Positions 60,275 to 64,000 of a DNA stretch of 64,000 nt are shown here, one piece after another. The translations under genes and the position numbers were made by a program. Position 1 is the first letter of the stretch; each line of letters starts with the position of its first letter. Location: assembly GCF_009914755.1 (NCBI RefSeq), contig NC_060929.1; one strand, given 5' to 3'. The notes under the pieces are model-generated. The model was not told where the DNA came from, did not search any database, and worked only from the letters and a program-made list of their open reading frames with translations. Origin of the DNA: the human T2T-CHM13v2.0 reference genome, Homo sapiens.

Positions 60275-64000
<3,726 letters not shown>

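Overview
This window is AT-rich, repeat-dense primate (almost certainly human) genomic DNA with no recognisable host protein-coding gene. Its centrepiece is a full-length L1HS of the pre-Ta (ACG/G) type at 29456-35528. It has uninterrupted ORF1 (338 aa), ORF2 (1275 aa) and antisense ORF0, a 16-bp TSD and a short non-A insert in its tail, but carries substitutions next to the EN and RT catalytic residues. Around it are many older L1s, Alus, MaLR/ERV1 solo LTRs (THE1, MST, MLT1, MER4-type, LTR12C), a MADE1 MITE and MIR/L2 relics. I found no new biological system. The notable signal is several atypical retrotransposition products readable from their junctions: a twin-primed L1PA5-like copy with a ~220-bp 3' transduction; a second L1 about 50 kb away sharing several non-consensus variants with it; an L1HS-like patch inside the older copy; a tailless 5S rRNA retrocopy with a TSD; a 5'-intact, 3'-truncated tailless L1 with a TSD; an L1PA fused nearly in register with an older L1M ORF2; and an unexplained ~200-bp duplication flanking the L1HS. 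Subfamily names come from recalled consensus diagnostics and should be confirmed with RepeatMasker/Dfam. Coordinates of old repeats are approximate.
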